Below are positions 19,738-29,810 of a stretch of DNA of 64,000 nt, piece after piece. The stretch comes from an uncultured candidatus Porisulfidus sp. Its GTDB lineage: Bacteria; Pseudomonadota; Gammaproteobacteria; Poriferisulfidales; Oxydemutatoraceae. Below the pieces are notes generated by a model that saw nothing but the letters and a program-made list of their open reading frames with translations, was not told where the DNA came from and searched no databases. Location of the stretch: contig OZ244052.1 in NCBI GenBank assembly GCA_965215125.1, positions 1,216,001-1,280,000 of the forward strand. Reading direction: 5' to 3'. Within the stretch, counting starts at the first letter, position 1. Every line of letters starts with the position of its first letter. Made by a program: the position numbers and the translations under genes.

Positions 19738-21180
19738 TTAAAAACCTTCCCCTACATCGTTATAACCTTTTATAACATTGGGTGTCGCCTGTTCTACGGA
19801 CTCCGCAACTTCCTCGGAAATATAATTTTCAAAGCGCGTATGTTTGCCTATAAATGTTAGCTTGGTGTCAAAGGTAGGGCCGTTGCGTTGTTTGACTATA
19901 TCTACATTGATTGCACCATCGGTTGTTGTAGCTCCGTCTTCTTGTAGATTGCCTTTATCAAGTTCGCGATAAATGACCATGATGAGGTCGGCATCTTGTT
20001 CTATGGCACCGGATTCTCGTAAATCGGACATTTGAGGTTTGGTTCTACGACTTTCGATATTGCGGTTGAGTTGCGACAAAGCAACCACCGGCACGTTGAC
20101 TTCGCGGGCGAGCGACTTTAAGGCACGAGAAATACCGGAGATTTCAACGGCGCGATTTTCAATGGTTCTATCCAGATGCATCAGTTGCAAGTAATCCACG
20201 ATCACCAAAGCAAGGTCGGGTTGTTCGCGCTTGAGTCGTCTTACTCGCGCACAAACATCTATATCTGTTAAGGCACTACTGTCGTCTATGTACAAAGAGG
20301 CTTTCTTAAAAATACCGAGCCATCTTACCAAGTTGGTCCACTCCGTATCGGTCAACTTGCCGTTACGCATATGCATTTGGTCGATTTTTCCGGTAGAAGA
20401 GAATAATCTGGAAATAATTTGTTCGGCGGGCATTTCCATGCTGAAGACGGCAACAGTTCCTTGTTGTTGTTCAATTGCCACATGCGCAGCAATATTCAGT
20501 GCCAAACTGGTTTTACCCATAGAGGGACGGCCGGCAATAATAATTAAATCACCTTTTTGTAATCCACCGGTTTTATTGTCTATGGTGGTGAAGCCGGTGG
20601 GCACACCGGTTATAAGTTCACCCGATTTCAAGCGTTTTTGGATTTGTTCGTATACTACATTACTGAGTTCCGCGATTGAGCGAAGGTCGGTTGCTTTATG
20701 GGTATCGTCCGACACATTGAGTATTAACTGCTCGGCTCTATTCAGTAGCTCTTGGCTACTTTGGTCGCTTTTGTCGTATGCCAGTTCTATCAGTTTTGTC
20801 GCAACGGAGATAAGTCGGCGTTTAGCCGAGTGTTCGCGGACGATGTCGGCGTAGGTCTTAATGCGCGCAGCACTCGGTGTTTCTTTGACCAGCGATGTCA
20901 AATAAGAAAGGGTGTTCTCGTTAGAGCTTTTGGAATTTTTTAAGAAGTTGGATACGGTAATAAAATCGCACGGTTCTCCGCGATGATTTAATTCGTAGAT
21001 TGCATTGAATAGGTCCTGGTTGCGTTTTTCATAAAAGTCGTTTTTCTTCAGAAGATCGGCAATTTTATCAAATGCCTCGGGGTCTAAAAGCAGACCCCCT
21101 ATTACCGCTTGTTCTGCCTCGGTTGAATGTGGAGGAGTATGTGCGCCCGAAGTATTTTTATTCAAAGAAGAGTTTTCCAT
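19738..21180 (-). CDS. dnaB: Replicative DNA helicase
   Basis: AGRPSMGKT, VDYLQLM, LSQLNR, DLRESGAIEQDAD; no intein. Confidence 0.97.
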   Translation of the reverse strand: MENSSLNKNTSGAHTPPHSTEAEQAVIGGLLLDPEAFDKIADLLKKNDFYEKRNQDLFNAIYELNHRGEPCDFITVSNFLKNSKSSNENTLSYLTSLVKETPSAARIKTYADIVREHSAKRRLISVATKLIELAYDKSDQSSQELLNRAEQLILNVSDDTHKATDLRSIAELSNVVYEQIQKRLKSGELITGVPTGFTTIDNKTGGLQKGDLIIIAGRPSMGKTSLALNIAAHVAIEQQQGTVAVFSMEMPAEQIISRLFSSTGKIDQMHMRNGKLTDTEWTNLVRWLGIFKKASLYIDDSSALTDIDVCARVRRLKREQPDLALVIVDYLQLMHLDRTIENRAVEISGISRALKSLAREVNVPVVALSQLNRNIESRRTKPQMSDLRESGAIEQDADLIMVIYRELDKGNLQEDGATTTDGAINVDIVKQRNGPTFDTKLTFIGKHTRFENYISEEVAESVEQATPNVIKGYNDVGEGF

Positions 21181-21209
21181 CGTATTATCGGGCAGCTTTA
21201 TTCTATAAT

Positions 21210-21779
21210 TTAGCCACTATCGGCTTTAGGGGCATCGGGAGTTTCTTGCGGGGGGTGGTCTTCGGAGGTCTCTTGCGAGGGGTGGTCTTCGGGTTTTTTT
21301 TGTTGGGTGTTTTCGCCGGAAGATGACTGTTGCGCTGCTACGACTTGTAGCTGTGTCTCCACCTGTACATCGCTATGCAAATGGAATAATATGGAATGCG
21401 ATCCGAGCGAGCGTATTTGACCTTCGGGAAAATTAATCTCTTGTTTTTGTACTTCTATTCCACACTTTTGAAGGACGAGTTCGCAGACCTCCGTAATGCT
21501 GACCGGCCCGTAGAGTTTGCCGTCTTCCATCGCTTGCATGCTGATGGTTAATTCCAAATCTTTTAATTTTTCCGCGCGTTCTTTGGCTGAGGCGCGCTCT
21601 TCGGACACATGTCTTTCGTATTCGGCACGCCGTTGTTCAATTTCCAATCGGTTTTCTTCGGTTGCAAATTTAGCTTTGCCGTAGGGAATTAGATAATTGC
21701 GCGCATAACCTGATCGTACTTTTACGAGATCTCCCACATCTCCTAGATTTTTAATTTTATCTATTAAAATTATTTCCAT
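21210..21779 (-). CDS. rplI: 50S ribosomal protein L9 with a C-terminal low-complexity extension
   Basis: VKVRSGYARNYLIP, KLYGPV. Confidence 0.95.
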   Translation of the reverse strand: MEIILIDKIKNLGDVGDLVKVRSGYARNYLIPYGKAKFATEENRLEIEQRRAEYERHVSEERASAKERAEKLKDLELTISMQAMEDGKLYGPVSITEVCELVLQKCGIEVQKQEINFPEGQIRSLGSHSILFHLHSDVQVETQLQVVAAQQSSSGENTQQKKPEDHPSQETSEDHPPQETPDAPKADSG

Positions 21780-21805
21780 GCCTGTTATAACCTTTGGGGA
21801 ATTAG

Positions 21806-22030
21806 TTATTGCCTATCCGTATACGGCAATAATGCCAAATATCGTGCGAGTTTGATGGCGTTGGCGAGTTTGCTCTGGTACATAGCTTTAGTGCCGGTTA
21901 CCCGTCTAGGGATAATTTTGCCGGTGTCCGAGATGTACTCTTTCAAGAGTTCTATATCTTTATAGTCTATCTCTTGATAGTTCTCTCGTGTGAAGCGGCA
22001 GTATTTTTTAGTTTTTTGTTGGATCAACAT
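21806..22030 (-). CDS. rpsR: 30S ribosomal protein S18
   Basis: [28 protein letters not shown]; GGAG before ATG 22030. Confidence 0.95.
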   Translation of the reverse strand: MLIQQKTKKYCRFTRENYQEIDYKDIELLKEYISDTGKIIPRRVTGTKAMYQSKLANAIKLARYLALLPYTDRQ

Positions 22031-22586
22031 GCTCTTTCTCCGTGAGGGTGTCTTGGGTGTTATCAGTTGTCGGGGTTGCATCACCGTTGGATTTTTCATT
22101 ATCACTTCCATCCGGTTGTGTGTCGCCTTCGGTTGCCTCTAAGGCATCCTCTTCGTAAGCTATTGTATCTTCATCAATCTTTCCAATATATTCATATTCG
22201 GGGTCTGAAGAGGATTCTTTTTCTGTATCGGCATCGGGTAGCAATGTCCGCTCCTTTTCAGTTTTTTCCATTGCCCGCATAATAGGCGAATGTTCAACGA
22301 CCGGGTTCTCTTTTCCCAAAATTAAGTTTCTCAATATGGCATCGCTAAAATGGAAGGAATCGGTGATCTCTTTGCGCACTTCTTGCGTACATTCTATGTT
22401 CATCAATACATAGTATGCTTCGCTTGATTTTTTTATGGGATACGCAAGCTGACGAAGTCCCCAATCCTCCAAACGGTGCACCTTGCCGTTGTTTGACTCT
22501 ATAATAGATTTATATTGTTTTATCATTTCCGGTACTTGCGTACTTTGATCGGGGCGTACCAGAAATACAATTTCGTAATGTCGCAT
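22008..22586 (-). CDS. rpsF: 30S ribosomal protein S6 with a long acidic tail
   Basis: [22 protein letters not shown]; AAGGAG RBS. Confidence 0.96.
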   Translation of the reverse strand: MRHYEIVFLVRPDQSTQVPEMIKQYKSIIESNNGKVHRLEDWGLRQLAYPIKKSSEAYYVLMNIECTQEVRKEITDSFHFSDAILRNLILGKENPVVEHSPIMRAMEKTEKERTLLPDADTEKESSSDPEYEYIGKIDEDTIAYEEDALEATEGDTQPDGSDNEKSNGDATPTTDNTQDTLTEKEHVDPTKN

Positions 22587-22589
22587 TAA

Positions 22590-22627
22590 TGTCTCCTTAT
22601 GGTTTTTGCCCGCACGGGCAAGGAACA
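22590..22627 (-). promoter_or_regulatory. Probable S6:S18-binding rpsF leader RNA
   Basis: GUUCCUUGCCCGUGCGGGCAAAAACCAUAAGGAG: the 5' UCCUU can pair with the SD, with an inner hairpin and a CCR motif. Confidence 0.65.
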
Positions 22628-22747
22628 AAAGAAAACTATTCTAATCAAAAACGCAGAGATGTCAAACGCCCGCACCCTCGGGTGTCAACTTGGGGTCAAA
22701 ATGTAAACTTTATTCGTCTTAGCCGACCGAGATGATAGTATATTTAC

Positions 22748-23173
22748 ATGTTTATTTGGTATAAAGCACTCCATTTGATATTTATGGTTGCGTGGTTTGC
22801 CGGCTTGTTTTATTTGCCGCGCCTTTTTGTCTATCATGCGATGGCTACCGAAGACGCTACGATTAAATGTTTGATGGTCATGGAGCGCAAATTATTCTGG
22901 GGGATTATGACTCCCAGTGCAATATTCACCATGGTTTTTGGATTCGCTATGCTGATAGAGGGATGGGCTGCCTATCAAACCCAATGGTGGTTGCATTTGA
23001 AACTCGTGTTTGTTTTGTTTTTATTGGGGTACCATGTTTGGTGCGGGGTGTTGCTACAATCGTTCAAGCAAGGTAGAAATAAGCACGGTCATCTATGGTA
23101 TCGCTGGTTTAACGAGGTCACCTTTGTCGCATTGGTTGCCATCATATTGCTCGCGGTATTCAAGCCGGCTTAA
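22748..23173 (+). CDS. hemJ: Protoporphyrinogen oxidase HemJ
   Basis: WYKALH, WFAGLFYLPRLFVYH, MERKL, RWFNE. Confidence 0.94.
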   Translation: MFIWYKALHLIFMVAWFAGLFYLPRLFVYHAMATEDATIKCLMVMERKLFWGIMTPSAIFTMVFGFAMLIEGWAAYQTQWWLHLKLVFVLFLLGYHVWCGVLLQSFKQGRNKHGHLWYRWFNEVTFVALVAIILLAVFKPA

Positions 23174-23185
23174 ACCGTAGATAGT

Positions 23186-23635
23186 TCATTCGGGAGATGC
23201 AAAATGCGCCAACACTTTTTCATAGGTTTCGCGCTTAAAAGCCACGATCTCTTGGAGTGGATACCACCAATCCACCCAACACCACCGCTCAAATTCATTT
23301 GCTCTCGTTAAATTGATACGACTATCATTGGTCAATAATTCCAATAAGAACCAAATCTGCTTTTGTCCTTTATAATCCATCTTTAATGTTTCGGGAAATT
23401 GATAATAAAACCATTGATTGGTCGTCCGCACCAACCGCACATGCCGAGCGAGCAAACCGGTCTCCTCTTGTAGTTCTCGCCACATCGCTATCTCGGGTGT
23501 TTCGTCCGGCTCTATGCCGCCCTGAGGGAATTGCCAGGCATCGATTTCCCTGCGTTTACACCACAGTATTTTGCCGTTGCGGTGGCGGATAATCATCCCG
23601 ACACCCGGCCTATACCCATTTTCGTCTAACATCAA
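23186..23635 (-). CDS. rppH: RNA pyrophosphohydrolase
   Basis: GYRPGVG, WQFPQGG, RELQEETG, GQKQIWFLL. Confidence 0.93.
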   Translation of the reverse strand: MMLDENGYRPGVGMIIRHRNGKILWCKRREIDAWQFPQGGIEPDETPEIAMWRELQEETGLLARHVRLVRTTNQWFYYQFPETLKMDYKGQKQIWFLLELLTNDSRINLTRANEFERWCWVDWWYPLQEIVAFKRETYEKVLAHFASPE

Positions 23636-23702
23636 TCTATCTCAATCCGTGAACCGCATATAATAATACGATTGGGCATTGTATAGATATTTTATCGACA
23701 TC

Positions 23703-24371
23703 ATGGACTTGGTATTATTTGATTTAGACCATACGCTTTTAGACGGCGACAGCGATTTCAGTTGGGGGCAATTCCTGTGCGAAATCGGTGCGGTGGATGC
23801 CGATTATAAAAAACGCAATCACGAATTTTTTGAAGCATATCAACGCGGGGAACTCGATATAACCGAGTATATTAAATTTGTGTTGCAACCGCTTGCGCAA
23901 AACACGATGCCGCAACTGTTGGAATGGCGCGAACAATTTTTAGCGAAAAAAATAAAGCCGATGATTACAACCGAGGCGATAGACCTCGTTCGACTACATC
24001 GGGACAAAGGCGATTTTACGGCGATTATTACCTCTACCAATGCGTTTATCACCGAACCCATAGGCAAGATGTTCGGTATAGAAACAATGATTGCCACGGA
24101 ACCCGAGCTGAAGGATAAATGTTTTACCGGAGACATATCGGGCGTGCCTTGCTTTCGGGAAGGTAAAATCACCTGTTTGGAAAAATGGTTAAACAAAAAC
24201 AAACCGGACTATCAAAAAAGCTGGTTCTATAGCGACTCTTTTAACGACATACCGCTTTTGTCGTGGGTTGATCGTCCTGTCGTGGTCAACGGTGATGCGA
24301 TGCTGATGAAGCACGCGCAGCAAAACAACTGGTCTGTGTTGTCTTTGCGACGGTCTAGCCGTGAACGATGA
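23703..24371 (+). CDS. HAD-IB family hydrolase (histidinol-phosphatase-like)
   Basis: FDLDHTLL, FYSDSFNDIPLL; divergent from rppH as commonly seen. Confidence 0.88.
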   Translation: MDLVLFDLDHTLLDGDSDFSWGQFLCEIGAVDADYKKRNHEFFEAYQRGELDITEYIKFVLQPLAQNTMPQLLEWREQFLAKKIKPMITTEAIDLVRLHRDKGDFTAIITSTNAFITEPIGKMFGIETMIATEPELKDKCFTGDISGVPCFREGKITCLEKWLNKNKPDYQKSWFYSDSFNDIPLLSWVDRPVVVNGDAMLMKHAQQNNWSVLSLRRSSRER

Positions 24372-25011
24372 GATGACGATCGCTAATAATTTCTATATGC
24401 AGGTGTGTCATTCCGGCATCCTTTAGCTGGTCTTTGACTTCATCGGGAGTGAACGCTGCGCGGAGCGAATTGCGAAAATCTCTTTGCAATATCTGCGGTT
24501 CTGTTGCGGCATACTGTTCTACAAGTTGGTCTACGCGTTGTTCGCTTTGAGGTCGGCATAAGTCGGCAATGAAAATACGGGCGTTATCTTTGGCGAGCAT
24601 CTTTACACAACGCCACAGCACTTGTGGGTTATGTAGATGATGCAGAAAGCTGGTTGATAAAATCCCATCATAGCTATTCTTGTCTAAGCGAATTTCGGGA
24701 AGGGTTGTTTTGATTACGCGTATTTGTTGATCAACGTGCTCGCGTTCAAAACGTTTTTTCGCATAGCGCAACATGGCAGCGGAACCGTCTACTGCGTCTA
24801 TGCAGGCTTTAGGACAAAGTTTTGCCAAGCGTACGGTAATTTCACCGTCGCCGCACCCCAAATCAATCCATGCACCGGCTTCGGATAAATCGGGCATACA
24901 ACGCGTAAAATGTTCCATCACTAGACTATGTGGCTGATTGAAATCTGCGTTTGCATAAGCTCGTGCTTGTTCCTCACCGTCCATCAATTCGGCTTCGGGT
25001 ATTCTCTTCAT
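24355..25011 (-). CDS. Class I SAM-dependent methyltransferase
   Basis: RIPEAELMD, YANADF, DLGCGDG, LHHL. Confidence 0.88.
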   Translation of the reverse strand: MKRIPEAELMDGEEQARAYANADFNQPHSLVMEHFTRCMPDLSEAGAWIDLGCGDGEITVRLAKLCPKACIDAVDGSAAMLRYAKKRFEREHVDQQIRVIKTTLPEIRLDKNSYDGILSTSFLHHLHNPQVLWRCVKMLAKDNARIFIADLCRPQSEQRVDQLVEQYAATEPQILQRDFRNSLRAAFTPDEVKDQLKDAGMTHLHIEIISDRHLIVHG

Positions 25012-25031
25012 AGAGGTCTATGCCGGATTTC

Positions 25032-25976
25032 TCAAGTGTGCCAATCGTATCCCGAGAAAAAATCATATTTTTCAATGAGCGATGCTATGGTCTGTTTTTC
25101 TTCTTTTGTCCAATTACGCTCAAAGCGACTCTTATGAGTTTCTTTATTAACAACAGAGGCACAGTCATCTAGATAATCGGAGGAGGCAGGTACTTGTAAA
25201 AAATCACAAATTTTAGCTAATTGTGAACGAGGATTTGCGACCATATCCTCATGCTTTGAATAAAATATATCTTGGGGATCAATTTTTTCGGCAAGCTCTT
25301 CACTTTGCACACAATATCTCAAAAATTCATTAATAGTACTACCGTATCGCTTACTTGTTGAATACATATCATAAGGGTTGCGAACCGTAAAAATGAACTT
25401 CAAATGCGATGTTTTTTTCTCAAGCCGCTTTGTAAGAGTTTTTAGTGTATTAGTACTTAGATCCCTTGTGTTTTGTTCAGAATGTTTTTCTCCTATAACT
25501 TTCAATTGCCCAAAGCGGCCTTGATATTGATTGTGGATAAGAATATAGCGTCCTGCTCTATCTTCTGTCCTAATAGTATTGAATGAAATTTTTTTTAATT
25601 TTAGCCATATGTGCGCTTTAAGTAGAACCTCGTAATCACGCTCTAAAATTTGATTAAATATTTTGTCCAAATTAGAGTGTAGCCGTATGTTTTGCTCAGG
25701 GTGGAGTGCTTCGTCGGCGACAACCATATTAGGATGTGCTGTTAGCAAATAACCAAGTAGTGAAGAACCGGATCGAGGAAAACCTATGGTTAGCAAAATT
25801 ATTCGTATATCTTTGAAAGAATTTCCCCAAACTATTCTTTTACGAGAAGCAATGAAATGACATGTGGTTTCCACAAGTGGTCTAACAATTTCTATATCTC
25901 TAAAAGCACGAATCTTGCGCTTAAACCATAAACACTGCGGATATCTCATAGAATTAATATTTTTAAGGAATTGCAT
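25032..25976 (-). CDS. Sulfotransferase (copy A)
   Basis: 5'-PSB GFPRSGSSLL; 3'-PB VRNPYD; ICDFLQV; AT-rich. Confidence 0.85.
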   Translation of the reverse strand: MQFLKNINSMRYPQCLWFKRKIRAFRDIEIVRPLVETTCHFIASRKRIVWGNSFKDIRIILLTIGFPRSGSSLLGYLLTAHPNMVVADEALHPEQNIRLHSNLDKIFNQILERDYEVLLKAHIWLKLKKISFNTIRTEDRAGRYILIHNQYQGRFGQLKVIGEKHSEQNTRDLSTNTLKTLTKRLEKKTSHLKFIFTVRNPYDMYSTSKRYGSTINEFLRYCVQSEELAEKIDPQDIFYSKHEDMVANPRSQLAKICDFLQVPASSDYLDDCASVVNKETHKSRFERNWTKEEKQTIASLIEKYDFFSGYDWHT

Positions 25977-25988
25977 CTGTCAACTATT

Positions 25989-27260
25989 TTACTTTGGAGG
26001 TGGCACACATTCGGTCTCTATTAAATCCTGAAGGCTCTCACGACACCGGATAATATCAAAGGTATTACCGTTCACCAACACCTCCATCGGTTTGGGTCTA
26101 GTATTGTAATTGCCGGACATACTAAAGCCGTAGGCACCGGTTGATAGTACGGCGAGTAAATCGTTTGGGCGCAGAATTAGCCGACGCCGGTAGCCCAGAG
26201 CATCTGCACTTTCGCATACCGGTCCTACGATGTCGTAGTCTTTAAGGTCACCTTTGTGCGTTTTAACCGGCACGATGTCGTGCCACGCCTGATATAACGA
26301 AGGACGTAACAGATCGTTCATTGCCGCATCAACCACCGCAAAGTGCTTTTGGTGTGTTTGTTTGATATGTATTACTCGGGTGAGCAACACGCCGGCGTTG
26401 CCGACGACGAAGCGCCCCGGTTCTATCAATAAACGATAGGGACGATCGGCGATGATATTTTTCATCGTGGTTGCATAGTCTAGAGCGTCGGGCGGTGTTT
26501 CGTCCTTATAACGGATACCGAAGCCCCCACCTATATCAATGTGAGTAATTCGTAGCCCATTCTCGCAAAGTCGGTCTGCCGTTTCAACGAGTTGTTGTAG
26601 CGCGGCGGCATAAGGTTCGGGAGACATAATTTGTGAACCGATATGGCATGCGATACCACATTCCCGTAGCAAGGCACTGTGGTGTATTTTTTGATAAAGT
26701 GCTATCGCCTGTTGCCGGTCTACGCCGAATTTATTATGGTGTAAGCCGGTCGCAATATAAGGATGTGTTTCGGCATCTACATCGGGGTTGACGCGTATTG
26801 CAACCGGGGCTGTCACATCGAGTGTACCGGCAACTTTTTCTACTAGTAGGAGTTCCGATTCCGATTCTACGTTAATACAAAAAATACCTGCGCGTAGGGC
26901 AGCTTCTATTTCCCATTGTTGTTTGCCCACGCCCGAGAATACGGTTTTCCCGGTGTCGCCGCCGCCTCGGCGCACCCGTTCAAGTTCGCCGCCCGAGACG
27001 ATATCAAAACCGCTACCGAACTGCGCCAATAGATTGAGTATCGCGATATTGGAACACGCCTTGACCGCATAATGGATTTGGTATTGTTGTCCGTTGAATG
27101 CGTCGGACAAGGTATGCAAGTTTTTTTCAATCGCGGCTTTTGAATAAACATAAACGGGTGTGCCACATTCATAGGCTATTTTTTCAAAAGGGACATCCTC
27201 GCAATATAGTTTTCGGTGCACCGAATGTAAGGACGGTGCCGTATAACTATAATCTTTCAT
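25989..27260 (-). CDS. lysA: Diaminopimelate decarboxylase
   Basis: YAVKA, CHIGSQ, IEPGR, GPVCES, YNTRP. Confidence 0.97.
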   Translation of the reverse strand: MKDYSYTAPSLHSVHRKLYCEDVPFEKIAYECGTPVYVYSKAAIEKNLHTLSDAFNGQQYQIHYAVKACSNIAILNLLAQFGSGFDIVSGGELERVRRGGGDTGKTVFSGVGKQQWEIEAALRAGIFCINVESESELLLVEKVAGTLDVTAPVAIRVNPDVDAETHPYIATGLHHNKFGVDRQQAIALYQKIHHSALLRECGIACHIGSQIMSPEPYAAALQQLVETADRLCENGLRITHIDIGGGFGIRYKDETPPDALDYATTMKNIIADRPYRLLIEPGRFVVGNAGVLLTRVIHIKQTHQKHFAVVDAAMNDLLRPSLYQAWHDIVPVKTHKGDLKDYDIVGPVCESADALGYRRRLILRPNDLLAVLSTGAYGFSMSGNYNTRPKPMEVLVNGNTFDIIRCRESLQDLIETECVPPPK

Positions 27261-27370
27261 TGCGTTTCTTTTTGTTGCATTTCTTCGGGCGGCAGGTACA
27301 GCGGTCCCGATTGCCCGCAAGCACCGAGCAGTAATATCATCAATAAGCAAAAAGCAGTGGTGGTTCGCAA
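27257..27370 (-). CDS. lptM: Small lipoprotein LptM/YifL
   Basis: Below the ORF-track cutoff: MRTTTAFCLLMILLLGACGQSGPLYLPPEEMQQKETQ*; lipobox LGAC plus GQ.GPLYLP; ATGA overlap with lysA. Confidence 0.85.
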   Translation of the reverse strand: MRTTTAFCLLMILLLGACGQSGPLYLPPEEMQQKETQ

Positions 27371-27430
27371 ATCAAGCCCTATCTAAGTATGTTATAATTG
27401 CCTAGTTTATCAGATGAGAGGTAGCAATAT

Positions 27431-27874
27431 ATGGACAATCGTCGTAGAGAATTTATCGAAAAAAGCATCGCCGCCGGCATTGCCTCTTTGGTGGCACCGT
27501 CGTTGGCATTCGCCGAGTGGCCGCAAGTTGCATTTGAGAAGACCGACTTGGCGCAAGCAATCGCCGCTATTTCGCAAGGCGATCCACAAGACGGAGACAT
27601 CACTTTGGTCGCACCCAAAATTGCCGAAAACGGAGCTCAAGTCAGAGTTGAAGTGGAGGCTAATATGGACAATGTAGAGTGGATTAGTATTCTAGTCGAT
27701 AAAAATCCCGTGCCGTTGACCTCTCAATTTCTAATGATGGGAGAGAGCGAGCCTTTTGTTGCCGCGAACATAAAAGTGCGTGAGACTTCTAATGTGATCG
27801 CACTCGTCAAAGCCGATGGCAGATATTATAGTGCGCGCCAAGAAGTCAAGGTCACCGCCGGCGGTTGTGGTTAG
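27431..27874 (+). CDS. soxY: Thiosulfate oxidation carrier SoxY
   Basis: Tat signal RRREF; APKIAENG; C-terminal VKVTAGGCG. Confidence 0.93.
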   Translation: MDNRRREFIEKSIAAGIASLVAPSLAFAEWPQVAFEKTDLAQAIAAISQGDPQDGDITLVAPKIAENGAQVRVEVEANMDNVEWISILVDKNPVPLTSQFLMMGESEPFVAANIKVRETSNVIALVKADGRYYSARQEVKVTAGGCG

Positions 27875-27889
27875 CCTTGGGAGCGAATA

Positions 27890-28201
27890 ATGGAAAAAAC
27901 GATCAAAATGCGGATTAGCAAACAAGATGACGAAGTAATCGTCAAAGCGTTAATCAAGCATCCTATGGAAACCGGACGTAGGGTTGACGAAGAAACCGGC
28001 GAGACGATCCCGGCAAACTTCATACAGACGGTGATCGGCGAATACGAAGGTAAAAAAGTCTTCACCGCCTACTGGGGAACCGGTGTCTCTCAAAATCCGT
28101 TTATCTCTTTCAAGTTCAAGGGAGGGGAAGAATCCAAAGTAGTCAAACTGAGTTGGTTTGATAACCAAGGACAATCGGATAGTTTAGAGGTTGCTATCTG
28201 A
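27890..28201 (+). CDS. soxZ: Sulfur oxidation protein SoxZ
   Basis: HPMETG, IPANFI, VSQNP, WFDNQG. Confidence 0.93.
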   Translation: MEKTIKMRISKQDDEVIVKALIKHPMETGRRVDEETGETIPANFIQTVIGEYEGKKVFTAYWGTGVSQNPFISFKFKGGEESKVVKLSWFDNQGQSDSLEVAI

Positions 28202-28448
28202 CTACCTGACACCCCTCCTGCAGAGGAAGGCTAACATGCTCTTCCATAAAGGGAATAGTTCGCCCTTAAATATGTAGCTTACGGTAGGGTGTGCTACATA
28301 TTTATAGCACGTAGTTTTCCTTATATCGTGTATCATAGGTACTAGTGAATATGCATTTTGATGCTTAAAGCTGTAAGCAACGAGATACAGGCATAAATCA
28401 ACTATCCCTACACCATGAACATAGTTTTAGTACTTATAGCTTATCGGT

Positions 28449-29810
28449 ATGTTAATTGAAGTCAAAAAAGGGCTGGATATTCCGCTATCGGGTGAACCCG
28501 AACAGCGCATAGAAGACCGCGCTCCACCCTCGCGCGTTGCAGTGGTATTTAGGGCTTATCATAATCTAAAGCCGCATTTGAATGTGTCGGTAGGTGATGA
28601 AGCGGCAAAGGGTCAAGTGTTGGCGGAAAATAAAGTTTTACCGGGCGTTTGCTATACCTCGCCGGCGAGCGGTGTTATAGAAGCTATCCACCGCGGCGAG
28701 CGACGCAAACTTTTATCGATAGTGATACGTCTCGAAGGTCAACGCAATAGGCAATTTGATAAATTCGATGTAGACCAACTGGCATCGTTGGATAGGGCGC
28801 AAGTACAAAGCCAACTGTTGACCTCGGGTTTATGGACAACCTTGCGTACCCGTCCCTATAGTGAGACTCCGGAACCCGACAGCATGCCTCATTCTATTTT
28901 TGTAACCGCAATGGACAGTCGTCCGCTGGCTGCCGACCCGCAAGTGGTAATCACTGCCACTAAGAAGCAATCGCAATACTTTAACGCCGGATTGAAGATA
29001 CTCTCGCGGTTGGGAGACAACACAATATATGTTTGTGTTGCCCAAGGTTCCAAAATCACCGTGCCGGAGAATCAACAGCTAAAGCGCGTAGAATTTTCCG
29101 GTCCGCATCCTGCCGGTTTGTTAGGAACGCATATACATTTCTTAGATCCTATCTACGGCGATAAAACCGTATGGGGAATAGGTTATCAAGATGTTGTTGC
29201 GATAGGCGAGCTATTTTTAACCGGCATCTATCCGGCGCATCGGGTTATTTCTTTCGCCGGTCCTGCGGTTAAAAGCCCGCGTTTGTTACGGGTACAGATA
29301 GGTACTCCGTTGCACGATATATGTAGCGGAGAGTTGCATACCGACGCAGCGCGCATCATCGCAGGTTCGCCGTTGGACGGCTCCGATATTGTCGAAGAAA
29401 CCGCATATCTAGGTGCATTTGAGTTGCAAGTCTCGGTTCTGCCCAAACAAGCACAGGTACCTTTGCTGGCGTGGCTGCGTCCGAGTCTCAATTTATTTTC
29501 AATCACCCGAGCTTTCCCGTTGTCCTCGTTCGGGAAAGATAAACCCAAATGGTCTTTTACATGCATGCAAAACGGTAGCAAGCGCGCAATAGTTCCTATA
29601 GCACTTTACGAACGTGTAATGCCGTTGGATTTATTGGCAACCCAACTGATTAAATCGCTATTGGTTATGGACACCGATACATCGCAACAACTAGGGTGTC
29701 TGGAACTCGACGAAGAGGATTTGGCTTTATGTGCTTATGTCTGCCCCGGCAAGCACGATTTAGGACCTATATTGCGTAGGAACTTGGAAAAAATCAAACA
29801 GGAAGGATAA
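28449..29810 (+). CDS. nqrA: Na+-translocating NADH:quinone reductase subunit A
   Basis: KKGLDIP, GPHPAG, LELDEEDLALC..VCPGK. Confidence 0.96.
   Translation: MLIEVKKGLDIPLSGEPEQRIEDRAPPSRVAVVFRAYHNLKPHLNVSVGDEAAKGQVLAENKVLPGVCYTSPASGVIEAIHRGERRKLLSIVIRLEGQRNRQFDKFDVDQLASLDRAQVQSQLLTSGLWTTLRTRPYSETPEPDSMPHSIFVTAMDSRPLAADPQVVITATKKQSQYFNAGLKILSRLGDNTIYVCVAQGSKITVPENQQLKRVEFSGPHPAGLLGTHIHFLDPIYGDKTVWGIGYQDVVAIGELFLTGIYPAHRVISFAGPAVKSPRLLRVQIGTPLHDICSGELHTDAARIIAGSPLDGSDIVEETAYLGAFELQVSVLPKQAQVPLLAWLRPSLNLFSITRAFPLSSFGKDKPKWSFTCMQNGSKRAIVPIALYERVMPLDLLATQLIKSLLVMDTDTSQQLGCLELDEEDLALCAYVCPGKHDLGPILRRNLEKIKQEG

Noticed and set aside
28267-28304. 12-bp inverted repeat between soxZ and nqrA
   Set aside because: AT-rich stem without a clear U-tract or second copy; function cannot be assigned.
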